A stretch of 64,000 nt of DNA from Minisyncoccia bacterium (GTDB lineage: Bacteria > Patescibacteriota > Minisyncoccia > Phycocordibacterales > UBA9973), in the NCBI GenBank assembly GCA_039809245.1, contig JBDHUP010000003.1, positions 41,069-105,068 on the forward strand. Reading direction: 5' to 3'. The notes under the pieces were generated by a model. That model had not been told where the DNA came from. It ran no database searches and worked only from the letters and a program-made list of their open reading frames with translations. Of this stretch, positions 19,043 through 28,912 are shown one piece after another (position 1 is the stretch's first letter; the number at the start of each line of letters is the position of its first letter). Position numbers and translations under genes: made by a program.

Positions 19043-20023
19043 TTATTTAAGTGTTATACCATACCCACCAAGAACTTTCTTGATTTCCTGGATGCCTTTA
19101 TCGCCGATACCTTCTATCTCAAGTAAGTCTTCCTTCTTCTTTCTTGCGATACCTCCGATTGTTCTAATGTTTGCACCTGTTAGAGCATTAAGAGTGCGGG
19201 TTGAAAGATCTAGAGTATCAATGCGAGTCTTTAGGATATCAGTAAATTCATTACCATCGCCTTTTGACTTAGTATCCTTCTCTTCGTCTGCAGACTCAGA
19301 TTCAACGGCTTCTTTTGCCATAGACTTTGAAAGTATTGTAAATCCAACAATGGCCTGTAATTGTTCTACCATAATTGTAATAGCTTGTTCAAGTGCCTCG
19401 CGTGGAGAAAGAGTTCCATCTGTTTCAATAGTCATACGTAAACGGTTGTGGTTAGTCTTGTCACCAACGCGCATATTCTCTACTTCATATGACACACGAC
19501 GAATCGGAGTGAATATTGCATCAACTGCGATCATTCCTACATCTGTCTTTGTTTTCTGGTGAACGTCTTTTGATACGAATCCAAGACCTTTCTCAACAGT
19601 CATCTCGATAGAAAGAGTATTCTTACCTGTAACTTCAGCAATATATAAATCTTTGTTTAAAACTTCAACCTGACCAGATACTTCGATATCTTTAGCAGTT
19701 ACTGTCTGTGGGCCTTTAATTGAAATTTTTACAGTTTGAGGTTCATCACTTAGTAGTCTGAAGCGAACCTGCTTTAAGTGAAGAAGTATTGTTATAACAT
19801 CTTCTTTAACTCCATCGAGTACTGAGAACTCATGATCAGCACCTTCAATCTTAAGTGAAGTTATAGCAGCACCAGTAAGAGAAGATAAAATGATACGACG
19901 AAGTGAATTACCTAGAGTATGTCCATACCCAGGGTAAAGGCCGTCGATCTCGTAGACACCTTTTGTGTCTACTTCAGAAACGATAGATAACTTTGATGGT
20001 AATATTATATTTAAATCAGTCAT
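19043..20023 (-). CDS. rpoA: DNA-directed RNA polymerase subunit alpha
   Basis: Sits between rpsD and rplQ. N-terminal dimerisation domain and a C-terminal helix-hairpin-helix domain (...LDLSTRTLNAL...IRTIGGIA). Confidence 0.9.
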   Translation of the reverse strand: MTDLNIILPSKLSIVSEVDTKGVYEIDGLYPGYGHTLGNSLRRIILSSLTGAAITSLKIEGADHEFSVLDGVKEDVITILLHLKQVRFRLLSDEPQTVKISIKGPQTVTAKDIEVSGQVEVLNKDLYIAEVTGKNTLSIEMTVEKGLGFVSKDVHQKTKTDVGMIAVDAIFTPIRRVSYEVENMRVGDKTNHNRLRMTIETDGTLSPREALEQAITIMVEQLQAIVGFTILSKSMAKEAVESESADEEKDTKSKGDGNEFTDILKTRIDTLDLSTRTLNALTGANIRTIGGIARKKKEDLLEIEGIGDKGIQEIKKVLGGYGITLK

Positions 20024-20082
20024 ATGATATGTAAAGCTCGCGAGCTAAAATTATTTTAATAAAAATTAACCGTTGCGCACTA

Positions 20083-20691
20083 TTAACGACTATAAAATTC
20101 AAGCACAGTGTTAAGGTCTAAAAATCCTTCAATATTTTTTGGTTTACCTTGTACTACTCCAGAAAGTTTCTCAGCATCGAATGTCAACCAGTTTGGTAGT
20201 GTATATTCTTTTAATTTCTTTGCCATATCTGCAAATAAAGGACTCTTCTGACTTCCAGGACGAACAGCGATTACATCGCCTACTTTCACTCGTAATGATG
20301 CTACTGTTGTCTTCTTTCCGTTGACTGTGATGTGCCCATGAGAGACCATCTGACGAGAAAGTCGGCGTGTGTGAGCAAGGCCCAAACGATAAGTAACATT
20401 ATCAAGACGAGTTTCTAATAATTCGAACAAATACTCAGTTGCAAGTGTACCTTTATGAGCAACAGCTTCGTTGATATAATTTGAAAATTGCTTTTCACTG
20501 ATTCCATACATAAAACGCACCTTCTGCTTCTCAACGAATTGAAGAGCGTAACCAGAAAGAGCTTTCGGACGCTTGTTCTTTGAATTCTTTGCGTGGCGAG
20601 CTTCAGACATTACGAACTTAGGTGTTTGACACTTTTCAAACACTCCTGATCCTAAACGTCGACACATTTTATATTTTTGAACTGTTTTCAT
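20083..20691 (-). CDS. rpsD: 30S ribosomal protein S4
   Basis: KMCRRLG...[51 protein letters not shown]. Confidence 0.92.
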   Translation of the reverse strand: [202 protein letters not shown]

Positions 20692-20710
20692 ATGAAATAA
20701 ATTATATTAA

Positions 20711-21160
20711 TTAAACTCGGCGAGGCTTCTTAGGTTTTGGACCATTGTGAGGGACTGGAGTAACATCGCGAACTCCTGAAATCTCTATATCATATGCCAT
20801 AAATGCACGGATAGTAGGCTCACGACCACTTCCTACTCCTGTAACTTTTACATCCACTTCCTTTATACCTAAAGCTTTAGCCTTCTCACCTATAACTGAA
20901 CCCGCTTTAGAAGCAGCAAAAGGTGTACCCTTTTTAGCTCCCTTAAAACCTAAAGATCCAGCAGAAGTCCAGAATAAAGTATTACCATCTTTATCAGAAA
21001 GAACCACCTTTGTATTATTAAATGTAGCTTCTACGTGAAGAGTACCAGAAACAACTTTCTTTTTAGGTACTTTTACAGATTTTGGTGCTTCAGAAACAGT
21101 CGTATCTACTGATACGTCTTTTCCCTCTTCTTCTTTAGTTATAATTTTTACTTTTCCCAT
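20711..21160 (-). CDS. rpsK: 30S ribosomal protein S11
   Basis: GTLHVEATFNNTKVVLSDKDGNTLFWTSAGSLGFKGAKKGTPFAA...VKVTGVGSGRE. N-terminal low-complexity extension. Confidence 0.9.
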   Translation of the reverse strand: MGKVKIITKEEEGKDVSVDTTVSEAPKSVKVPKKKVVSGTLHVEATFNNTKVVLSDKDGNTLFWTSAGSLGFKGAKKGTPFAASKAGSVIGEKAKALGIKEVDVKVTGVGSGREPTIRAFMAYDIEISGVRDVTPVPHNGPKPKKPRRV

Positions 21161-21204
21161 TTTATATAGTTAGATAATTTAAATACTCACCACTCTGATT
21201 AATC

Positions 21205-21585
21205 CTATGTCTTCTCAGCCTTTCTTCGTCCACTACCCATAGTCTTACGTACATTTCCACGGACAGTTCTAGAGTTCGTCTTTGTTCGTTGGCCACGAGC
21301 TGGGAGTCGGCGCATATGTCTGACTCCTCTATATGTCTTGATATCTTTTAATCTTTTGATGTTTGAAGCAATTTCACGCTTTAGATTTCCTTCTATAGAC
21401 ATTGCTTCGATGATCTTACGAATTTCGTTCTCTTGATCTACTGTTAGAGTATCTGCTTTAACTTTTGGATCAATATTAACTTCCTTAAGAATAGAACGAG
21501 CACGTGAAAGACCAATACCGTAAAGAGATGTAAGTCCTATGTCTAAATGTTTGTTGTTTGGGATTGTTATACCGAGTATTCTCAT
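21205..21585 (-). CDS. rpsM: 30S ribosomal protein S13
   Basis: MRILGITIPNNKHLDIGLTSLYGIGLSRAR...GVRHMRRLPARGQRTKTNSRT. Confidence 0.93.
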   Translation of the reverse strand: MRILGITIPNNKHLDIGLTSLYGIGLSRARSILKEVNIDPKVKADTLTVDQENEIRKIIEAMSIEGNLKREIASNIKRLKDIKTYRGVRHMRRLPARGQRTKTNSRTVRGNVRKTMGSGRRKAEKT

Positions 21586-21590
21586 AGAAA

Positions 21591-21701
21591 TTATTGCTTT
21601 TGTTTATGCTTAGGATTTGAACAAATAACACGGAGGTGACCTTCGCGTTTAACTAGCTTACATTTTGCACAAATTTTTTTAACGGCTGATTTTATCTTCA
21701 T
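21591..21701 (-). CDS. rpmJ: 50S ribosomal protein L36
   Basis: Unlisted 36-codon ORF that I translated as [36 protein letters not shown], a classic L36 zinc ribbon. Confidence 0.9.
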   Translation of the reverse strand: MKIKSAVKKICAKCKLVKREGHLRVICSNPKHKQKQ

Positions 21702-21813
21702 ATTCTCTTAATGCGAAAGAAAAACAGAGGGCTTTCACCCTGTATTTTCAACTCAAGCGTATGTCGGATCATATTACACTATTACAATAAAAAACGCAAG
21801 GGGTACTATATAA

Positions 21814-22029
21814 CTAGTTCCTCTTTATTATTCTACCCTTACCTCCATATGGATCAAGAAGGACTTCTACCTTATCCCCAACCAATACTTTGATTCTATG
21901 CATACGCATCTTCCCAGCCAGATATGAGATGATAAGTTTTCCATCACCAATATCTACTCGAAAAAGCGTGTTTGGGAGAGCCTCAGTAACTGTACCTATA
22001 ACAGTATTATTATCGTCTTTTTGATTCAT
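21814..22029 (-). CDS. infA: translation initiation factor IF-1
   Basis: GTVTEALPNTLFRVDIGDGKLIISYLAGKMRMHRIKVLVGDKVEVLLDPYGGKGRIIKR. Confidence 0.93.
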   Translation of the reverse strand: MNQKDDNNTVIGTVTEALPNTLFRVDIGDGKLIISYLAGKMRMHRIKVLVGDKVEVLLDPYGGKGRIIKRN

Positions 22030-22071
22030 TTGTATCTTTATATGATACTAAATATATAGTATAACGTCAAA

Positions 22072-23550
22072 TTATTTAACAGTTACATGTATCCTTGATA
22101 TATCTTTTGGTAGATACTTATTCCAAGGTGGGAATATTTTAGCATCTGCTCCTGCAATACCAGGGTCAGATTTGAAAAATTCTGTAAGATCTTTCTTTGG
22201 AATTCCAACTAGGGACAATTTTATCTTTTCTACATCTGGGTGCCATATAGCATTCACTGATCCATTAAGAGCAAAAGGTACAGATTCCATATCTTTTGTA
22301 ATAGTCTGATCACTGTTTGTAAATTTAAATGATAAAGCTGAAATGTCTGGTATCTCTATTTCATTACGTTCACTATTAGTAATATCAGGTAGTGTGCGAT
22401 TTATAATAGAATTAGTTATATCACTTTTCTTAAAGATAATAGCTGATAAAGTTCCATCTATATTGACTTTTGTTTCCGGAGTTTGCGATTGAGCCCCTCC
22501 AATAGTATACGCAAACCTTGTTGCATCAGGATAAAGAATATAACCTTCTGGAACTTCCGCATTAACTTTCTTTATCATTCTACTCTTAAAAGCAGACCCC
22601 GCTGTGGCATTAAGTGAACCCCTATCAGCAGCCCCTAGTATATATGTAAGACCTTGAGCACCACCAGATAAAGGAGTTGTAGACTTTGCATAAATCTTCT
22701 TAAACTTATCAGTATCTTTAAATCCATTTATTGTAAAATCAGTTGGATCACCATTATATTGATCACCTGAAATAAAAGCTGTAATACCGACACTAACTTC
22801 TCCAGGCACAATCTTACCATCAACTATCTTATATCCTGGTATTGTTACCGCTTTGTCTGTTTGATAACTCTTGCCATCAGCATCAGAAATAAATGTCTTA
22901 GTTAGTAGATTCTGTGGTTTGGTACTGTACTCATTATAAAAAGTTACTGTACCTTGAGCTTTCTGTGATAGGTTTTGAGATTCAGTTAGTACAATATCTT
23001 TAGATTCAGTGTCAGAGACTATCATTATCTCAAAATGTACCGGGGCTTTTGAATCCTTTAGAGCTGTGAATTGAAGATTGCTTAAGGCTAAGTCTTGATG
23101 TTTCTCTCTTATTATTACTGATGTCTTCTCAAGAGCAACACCACCCCAATAAACTAAACCTAAAAATACTACACATACAAGCAAGGCTATTAAAGATCTC
23201 CTAACTAAACCTGATTTCTTCCTAAGCCTTGGTGTTTGTGATAATCTTTTTACTGTTTCACTACTTATTACAGTATTGCTCTCGACAGGCATGTTATCTT
23301 TCTTTTCATCACTTGATTTCTTAATAGCTTTCCACCCTGTAACAAAAACAGAGCTCTTCTTTAAGGATTCATCTTCCAAAAATTTCTTATGCTCGAGGGT
23401 GTCTTCAACTTTTGCTATTTCTGGTTTTTCAGGAATTTCAAGTTTTTTAACTAGTTCTTCTTTTGGTAGTTGAACCTCCTTTTCTTTTTCAGGAATTTTC
23501 TTAACCCTAGTGCTATTTAGTTTCATGTCCATCATTATCTTTTTGGTCAT
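22072..23550 (-). CDS. hypothetical bitopic membrane protein (K/E-rich cytoplasmic N-term, one TM, ~350 aa extracytoplasmic domain)
   Basis: TM LIALLVCVVFLGLVYWGGVAL near residue 125. No recognised catalytic motif. One-nt gap to the upstream actin-like gene. Confidence 0.4.
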   Translation of the reverse strand: MTKKIMMDMKLNSTRVKKIPEKEKEVQLPKEELVKKLEIPEKPEIAKVEDTLEHKKFLEDESLKKSSVFVTGWKAIKKSSDEKKDNMPVESNTVISSETVKRLSQTPRLRKKSGLVRRSLIALLVCVVFLGLVYWGGVALEKTSVIIREKHQDLALSNLQFTALKDSKAPVHFEIMIVSDTESKDIVLTESQNLSQKAQGTVTFYNEYSTKPQNLLTKTFISDADGKSYQTDKAVTIPGYKIVDGKIVPGEVSVGITAFISGDQYNGDPTDFTINGFKDTDKFKKIYAKSTTPLSGGAQGLTYILGAADRGSLNATAGSAFKSRMIKKVNAEVPEGYILYPDATRFAYTIGGAQSQTPETKVNIDGTLSAIIFKKSDITNSIINRTLPDITNSERNEIEIPDISALSFKFTNSDQTITKDMESVPFALNGSVNAIWHPDVEKIKLSLVGIPKKDLTEFFKSDPGIAGADAKIFPPWNKYLPKDISRIHVTVK

Positions 23551-23551
23551 A

Positions 23552-24733
23552 TTATTTCTCTCTTTTTCTCATTACTGATATTGCTTCTATCATAAGGAAT
23601 GGATCACACTGTCCTTCCTTAACATTACACATAGGTAAGAATTCTGGTCCTTCTAAAGTCACGACTGTACACTTCCTCTCGGCTACCATTGATTGGATAT
23701 ACTCTTCATTGCGAACAACATCAACAAACCAACTTCTGATATCTGCATCAGCTGTTAAGAAAATGGTACCGGGTAGTGTCAGGGTATGAGGCAGTGTATT
23801 TATACAAGCTCTAAAAGCTTCACTCCATGAGTTCTCGATTGATTTGAAAAGTGGATCAAGTTTATCTTTCAGCTTTTTAGAAATTGTACCAGAGCTATGA
23901 AGCGAAAATAATTCTTGTGCGTCACGAAGTTCTACTTCTAGTTTACTACACATATATTTAAAGAATGTTTTCTTTCCAAATGGGAATGAGAGCGTGGCTT
24001 TCAGAACACCTTTTGAAACAATTCCCACATCTGTAAGTTCCCCGCTTATATCAAGTAGTAAATATGAATCAGGGCTTACATACCTATCACGTACAGCTAT
24101 AAATGAAGCTACTGAAAAAGAAGAAAAAGAAACTTTTGTACTGTGGTAAGTCTTAGATATTGTTTTCCTTATTTTTTCTAAGCAAACTTTAGGTGAAAGA
24201 GAAATGATCATGTTCATCTCTACCGCCCTACTCCTTTTACCAATTGGTTCAGGGACTGAATATCCATTAAGTAACACATTCATTATATGGTGCTCTATTA
24301 CATCAGGAGCACTTTCTACCCCACCATACTTAGACTGATATTTATCATTTAGAGCAGTTATTTCTTTATTGAAAAGTTCATCTGCAATTTTTTTTGTGAA
24401 TACAAAGGAATGCTCTTTGGACATCTTTACTATACGAGTCTCAGATATATACCAGGGAGAAGCCAGAACACACTCTATCTCCTCAGGAGCACCGAGCTTA
24501 CTTTTATATAGTTCTGTAGCAGTCTTGTTAAGAGCATCGAGCATGTCTTCCAAGAAAGTATTGAAATCTAGTTCATTCCTAAAAGCAATTTCTGTGCGTG
24601 CAGATTTGATAATAGTCGGTATGCTTTTCTTATCTGTCGGAATTTTTACAATTGCTCCGCCAACACTACCTGAACCGATATCAAAAATCGCAACAATCTT
24701 TTCTGTGTTATTTGATTTAGAAAATAATCCCAT
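23552..24733 (-). CDS. FtsA/PilM-family actin-like ATPase (second copy besides ftsA)
   Basis: Phosphate-1 IVAIFDIGSGSVGGAIV and phosphate-2 LLLDISGELTDVGIV. FtsA-like FPFGKKTFFKYMCSKLEV segment. Confidence 0.55.
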   Translation of the reverse strand: MGLFSKSNNTEKIVAIFDIGSGSVGGAIVKIPTDKKSIPTIIKSARTEIAFRNELDFNTFLEDMLDALNKTATELYKSKLGAPEEIECVLASPWYISETRIVKMSKEHSFVFTKKIADELFNKEITALNDKYQSKYGGVESAPDVIEHHIMNVLLNGYSVPEPIGKRSRAVEMNMIISLSPKVCLEKIRKTISKTYHSTKVSFSSFSVASFIAVRDRYVSPDSYLLLDISGELTDVGIVSKGVLKATLSFPFGKKTFFKYMCSKLEVELRDAQELFSLHSSGTISKKLKDKLDPLFKSIENSWSEAFRACINTLPHTLTLPGTIFLTADADIRSWFVDVVRNEEYIQSMVAERKCTVVTLEGPEFLPMCNVKEGQCDPFLMIEAISVMRKREK

Positions 24734-24781
24734 AGGATTATTATACTATATTTCATAAAAAAATATACAAAATAGCCTGAT

Positions 24782-26428
24782 TTAAGAGAGTACTCCTTTT
24801 ATACGACGAATACCTTGTGCAACTGCTTCTTCTTTCCCTATTTTAAAGTGTCCTAATTCAGAAGTATTTGATACATGTGGTCCACCACAAAATTCTTTCG
24901 ATATGGCATTACCATTTTTATCTTCTATAAAGTAGACAGATACTATCTCTGGATACTTTGCACCGAATTCCATTTCAGCGCCAAGCTTTTCTGCTTCATT
25001 AAGTGGCATTTCTTTGCGAACGACATTTAATCCTTGCGAGATTTTATCATTAACCCAATCCTCCACACCCTTCTTCTCTTCATCTGTTAACTTATGATCA
25101 CAAAGGAAATCAATACGAAGGCGCTCTTCGGTGATATTACTTCCTCGCTGTTTTATCTCAGGAGATACTACTGCTTGAAGTGCAGCAAGTAGCAAGTGGT
25201 GTGCAGTGTGTAGCTTAATAGTCTTCTCATTATGATTCGCCAAACCACCCTTAAACATCCCCGCTGAAGCGGTTTGAGAAAGCTTCTGGTGCTCTGCCAT
25301 TTTTTTATCGAAATCTTCTCGATCAATAACAATGCCTTTTTCTTTGGCTAACTCTTCAGTAAGCTCAATCGGAAAACCGTATGTAGTAGCGAGAATAAAA
25401 GGATCTACACCTTTCTCAAATTCCTTTAACCCTTTATCTAATGTCTGTCTAAATTTTTCTTCCTCTTTTTCTATTTCTCCTTTATCATCGAGATTATATA
25501 TTCCACTATAAATTTTCTTAATTTTTTCTATTTCATCTTTAAGTGGTTTATCGGAAAACCTTACTGCACGGCGAATTAAGCGGCGAAGTACATATCCCCG
25601 TCCATTATTTGATGGAGTTAAACCATCTGAAATCATAAATAGCGCAGTCTTTACATGATCAGCCACTATACGATCTTCTCTACCTTTTTCATTATTAAAA
25701 AGATCAGTTTCGTATACATTTTTCTTTTGTTGAACTGTCGCAAGTAGTCGCTCAAGTCCCATACCTGTGTCTATTCCTAGAATATTTGCTTTTTTAAGAT
25801 TTGCTTCACCGCGATCAAGCTTTTCTCTTGAACCATCACAGAAATACTCATTGAAAACTATATTCCATATCTCCACATCTTCACCATTAGCATTCTTGCA
25901 ATATATTTCAGTTGTCGGACCACAGGGACCAGAGTCACCTGTCGGACCCCAGAACACATCTTTACCATCCTCTCGAATTTCAAGATTAGAATCTGTATCT
26001 TCCCAAATTTTCTTTGATTCTTCATCTTTTGGAACAACACCTTCACCTTTATATATAGTCACATAAGAAATACTTAGGCCTAGCTCTTTAGTTATGAATT
26101 CATGAGCATACTCTATAGCTTCTTTTCTACCATATCCTCCAAAAGAGAAATTGCCGAGCATTTCAAAAAATGATAGGTGTGTATCGTCTCCGACTTCATC
26201 TATATCACCAGTTCGAACACATTTCTGAACTGTAACAATATTCTTAGTTCCAAAATCACGAATAGCATTATCGGGTGCCCCATAATAAGGTTTGAATTGT
26301 TGCATACCGGCAGTAGTAAACAGTACAGAAATATCACCCTCTGGTATTAAGGATGATGATGGCATAATCTTATGACCTTTTGATTCAAAGAATTTAAGGA
26401 ATTTATCACGGACTTCATTTGATTGCAT
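24782..26428 (-). CDS. alaS: alanyl-tRNA synthetase, compact form lacking C-Ala domain
   Basis: FLKFFESKGHKIMPSSSLIP, FTTAGMQQFKP, EMLGNFSFGGY. Editing-site HTAHHLLLAAL and CGGPHV. 548 aa. Confidence 0.9.
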   Translation of the reverse strand: MQSNEVRDKFLKFFESKGHKIMPSSSLIPEGDISVLFTTAGMQQFKPYYGAPDNAIRDFGTKNIVTVQKCVRTGDIDEVGDDTHLSFFEMLGNFSFGGYGRKEAIEYAHEFITKELGLSISYVTIYKGEGVVPKDEESKKIWEDTDSNLEIREDGKDVFWGPTGDSGPCGPTTEIYCKNANGEDVEIWNIVFNEYFCDGSREKLDRGEANLKKANILGIDTGMGLERLLATVQQKKNVYETDLFNNEKGREDRIVADHVKTALFMISDGLTPSNNGRGYVLRRLIRRAVRFSDKPLKDEIEKIKKIYSGIYNLDDKGEIEKEEEKFRQTLDKGLKEFEKGVDPFILATTYGFPIELTEELAKEKGIVIDREDFDKKMAEHQKLSQTASAGMFKGGLANHNEKTIKLHTAHHLLLAALQAVVSPEIKQRGSNITEERLRIDFLCDHKLTDEEKKGVEDWVNDKISQGLNVVRKEMPLNEAEKLGAEMEFGAKYPEIVSVYFIEDKNGNAISKEFCGGPHVSNTSELGHFKIGKEEAVAQGIRRIKGVLS

Positions 26429-26459
26429 ACACCTATACTATACCAAAATAGCCAAACAT

Positions 26460-26484
26460 AAAAGCCTCCATACATGAGGCTTTT
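26460..26484 (-). terminator. bidirectional-looking hairpin terminator after mgtC-like gene
   Basis: aaaagcctc-catacat-gaggctttt flanked by A/T runs. Confidence 0.55.
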
Positions 26485-26495
26485 ATGTTTATATT

Positions 26496-26975
26496 TTAAT
26501 GATCATCTGGATGACTTTCGATATAGAACTTGGTCTTCTTTAGTTGTTGTTCCAAGAACCATAGAACTGTAAATATAAATAATGTTAGTAGTGTGGCAAT
26601 TATCGCAAGAGTGTATATTCCGAAACCACAAGCCATACCTATTCCTGCACAAACCCAAAGGCCTGTAGCAGTCGTGAGTCCCATAAGTTTACTTTCTTTT
26701 GTAAAAATTAAACCGGTACCAATGAATCCAACACCTACAATAATCTGAGCAGCTATGTATAAAGGACTAATACCAGTGAAAGTATTATAAAGTTTGACTG
26801 CCTCAATTGAAACCAAAACAAATAAGCATGAACCCATCGCAACAAGCGCATAAGTACGCATACCTGCTGTTTTGTGAGCCCAGACTCTCTCAGTACCAAT
26901 AACCAAACCTAAAACCAATGCAATAAAAAGGGGTAATATAAAACTAAAAGCAGCTTGATCAAATATATTTTCCAT
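26496..26975 (-). CDS. MgtC/SapB-family membrane protein
   Basis: LVIGTERVWAHKTAGMRTYALVAMGSCLF (compare GxxIGxERxxxxKxAGxRT). Four or five TM helices. 159 aa. Confidence 0.75.
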   Translation of the reverse strand: MENIFDQAAFSFILPLFIALVLGLVIGTERVWAHKTAGMRTYALVAMGSCLFVLVSIEAVKLYNTFTGISPLYIAAQIIVGVGFIGTGLIFTKESKLMGLTTATGLWVCAGIGMACGFGIYTLAIIATLLTLFIFTVLWFLEQQLKKTKFYIESHPDDH

Positions 26976-26996
26976 ATGATTTATTATATCAAATAT

Positions 26997-28037
26997 CTAT
27001 ACCACTACGCCACCACCCATACACACTTTGCCATCATATACCACAATAGACTGACCAGGAGAAACAAGTATATTCTTAGTGAAAACAATTGTCTCACCAT
27101 TTATTCGACAATCTAGTAGTTCTCCATGATATCTAATCTGTGATGTATATTTCTTATTAGGTTTAGGTTGCTCCTTGACCCAAGAAATATTTTTCAATTT
27201 TACTTCTTTCGTAGTTGTATCTAACTTAGTTTGTTTATTATTGGATACGGTTATTGTATTTTCATTTATATTCTTACCAACCAAATAAAATGGTTTATCT
27301 TTCTCTGAATGCTTGGTAATTGTAAATCCATGTCTCTCCCCTAACGTGAAAAATACCGATCCATTATGATGACCTATAACCTCTCCTTTCTCATTTAAAA
27401 CATTACCTTTCTTGGGAGTTATGTAGTGAGCTAAAAAATCCTTCATATCAAGTGGCCCTAAGAAGCAGACTCCTTGGCTGTCTTTCTTTGTAGCTGTTGG
27501 TAAACCATATTTCTCTGCAAGTTTTCTTACTTCAGTTTTCTTTAAGTGTCCAATTGGAAATAAAGTATGGGCAAGATCATCTTGTGTTAGTGTCCAGAGA
27601 AAATATGATTGATCTTTACTTTCATCTTTTGATTTTTGAAGAGTGTTATTATCATTTATCGCATAGTGGCCAGTTGCTATATAATCTGCACCATGCTTTT
27701 TTGCAAATTCCCAAAAAACTCCAAACTTTACTTCACGATTGCACATTACATCAGGATTAGGAGTATTACCTTTTTTATATTCTTCAATCATATAATCTGC
27801 TACGCCTTTTTTATAAGCTTCTTCAGCATCACATTCAAGGAATGGAATATCTAAGTGGGCGCAGACTCGCATAGCATCTCGCCTTTCATCACGCCAAGTA
27901 CACTCTATAAAATCTGGCTGCCAAGTACGAATAAAAACACCGACGACATTATAGCCTTGATCTTTTAGTAGTAGAGCTGATACAGATGAATCCACTCCAC
28001 CAGATACTCCTACGAATACAGTTTTATTTAATTTCAC
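26997..28037 (-). CDS. mnmA: tRNA-specific 2-thiouridylase MnmA
   Basis: PP-loop VGVSGGVDSSV, then C...GHY, ...CFLG. GTG start chosen at 28037, giving MKLNKTVFVG and a TAGTG stop/start overlap with the upstream gene. The listed ORF extends to a TTG at 28070. Confidence 0.85.
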   Translation of the reverse strand: MKLNKTVFVGVSGGVDSSVSALLLKDQGYNVVGVFIRTWQPDFIECTWRDERRDAMRVCAHLDIPFLECDAEEAYKKGVADYMIEEYKKGNTPNPDVMCNREVKFGVFWEFAKKHGADYIATGHYAINDNNTLQKSKDESKDQSYFLWTLTQDDLAHTLFPIGHLKKTEVRKLAEKYGLPTATKKDSQGVCFLGPLDMKDFLAHYITPKKGNVLNEKGEVIGHHNGSVFFTLGERHGFTITKHSEKDKPFYLVGKNINENTITVSNNKQTKLDTTTKEVKLKNISWVKEQPKPNKKYTSQIRYHGELLDCRINGETIVFTKNILVSPGQSIVVYDGKVCMGGGVVV

Positions 28038-28912
28038 TAATTTCTTTCCCACCTCGCAAATATACCACAAGGAAGTAGTTTATTCGAGTTTGATTGCTCT
28101 ATCACCAATTCTCCGATTTCAGTTTTACCATTTCTTCCTTCCATTATATCTTTCAGATTATTCTCATATGCTATAGGTGAGTAACCTGCCGTATAGCCAT
28201 TTATAAGAACGAATAAAGGTTCATCAGAGAGTATTTCTTTACAAAGATTCATAAGCCCTAGAAAATGCTCTTCTATCTTCCAAAGTTCATCTTTCGGACC
28301 GTGGCCAAAAGATGGTGGATCCATAACAATCGCGTCATATTTACGACCTCGTTTTATCTCCCTTTTTAGAAACATTAACACATCATCAACTATCCATCTT
28401 ATAGGAGCATCCTTAAGACCAGAAAGCTCAGCATTGCTACGAGCCCAAGCCACAGCCGTCTTTGATCCATCTACATGACAAACATCTGCACCAGCACGAG
28501 CACAAGCAAGTGTCGCTCCTCCTGTGTAGGCGAATAAATTCAATACACTTATATTATCCTTATATAAATCTTTCTTCTTCTCTATAAGATCCTGCATCCA
28601 AACCCAGTTTGAAAGTTGTTCAGGGAAAAGACCAGTGTGCTTAAATGACGATGGTGCAATTGAAAATTTTAGCCCTCCAAAATCGATGAGCCAATTTTTA
28701 GGAACTCCATCTTTTATCACCCATTTTGTCTTGTTACCTTTTCTTATGAATTCTAGATCAGCTTTATCCCAATCTTCTTTATTTAGAGATTTGCTCCATA
28801 GTGCTTCAGGGTCTGGCCTGGTCATAGTGTACTCTCCATAGCGCTCGAGTTTCTGACCAGCTCCTGCATCTAGTAGTTCGTATTCTTTTTGTTTGGTTGT
28901 TTTTAGAATCAT
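28037..28912 (-). CDS. class I SAM-dependent RNA methyltransferase, RlmI/YwbD-like
   Basis: LFAYTGGATL and MDPPSF motifs. N-terminal PUA-like region. Confidence 0.65.
   Translation of the reverse strand: MILKTTKQKEYELLDAGAGQKLERYGEYTMTRPDPEALWSKSLNKEDWDKADLEFIRKGNKTKWVIKDGVPKNWLIDFGGLKFSIAPSSFKHTGLFPEQLSNWVWMQDLIEKKKDLYKDNISVLNLFAYTGGATLACARAGADVCHVDGSKTAVAWARSNAELSGLKDAPIRWIVDDVLMFLKREIKRGRKYDAIVMDPPSFGHGPKDELWKIEEHFLGLMNLCKEILSDEPLFVLINGYTAGYSPIAYENNLKDIMEGRNGKTEIGELVIEQSNSNKLLPCGIFARWERN

Noticed and set aside
21702-21813. Possible terminator hairpin between infA and rpmJ
   Set aside because: The stem is only 4-5 bp (aggg/ccct) with mismatches, which is too weak to call. The region more likely holds an internal promoter.
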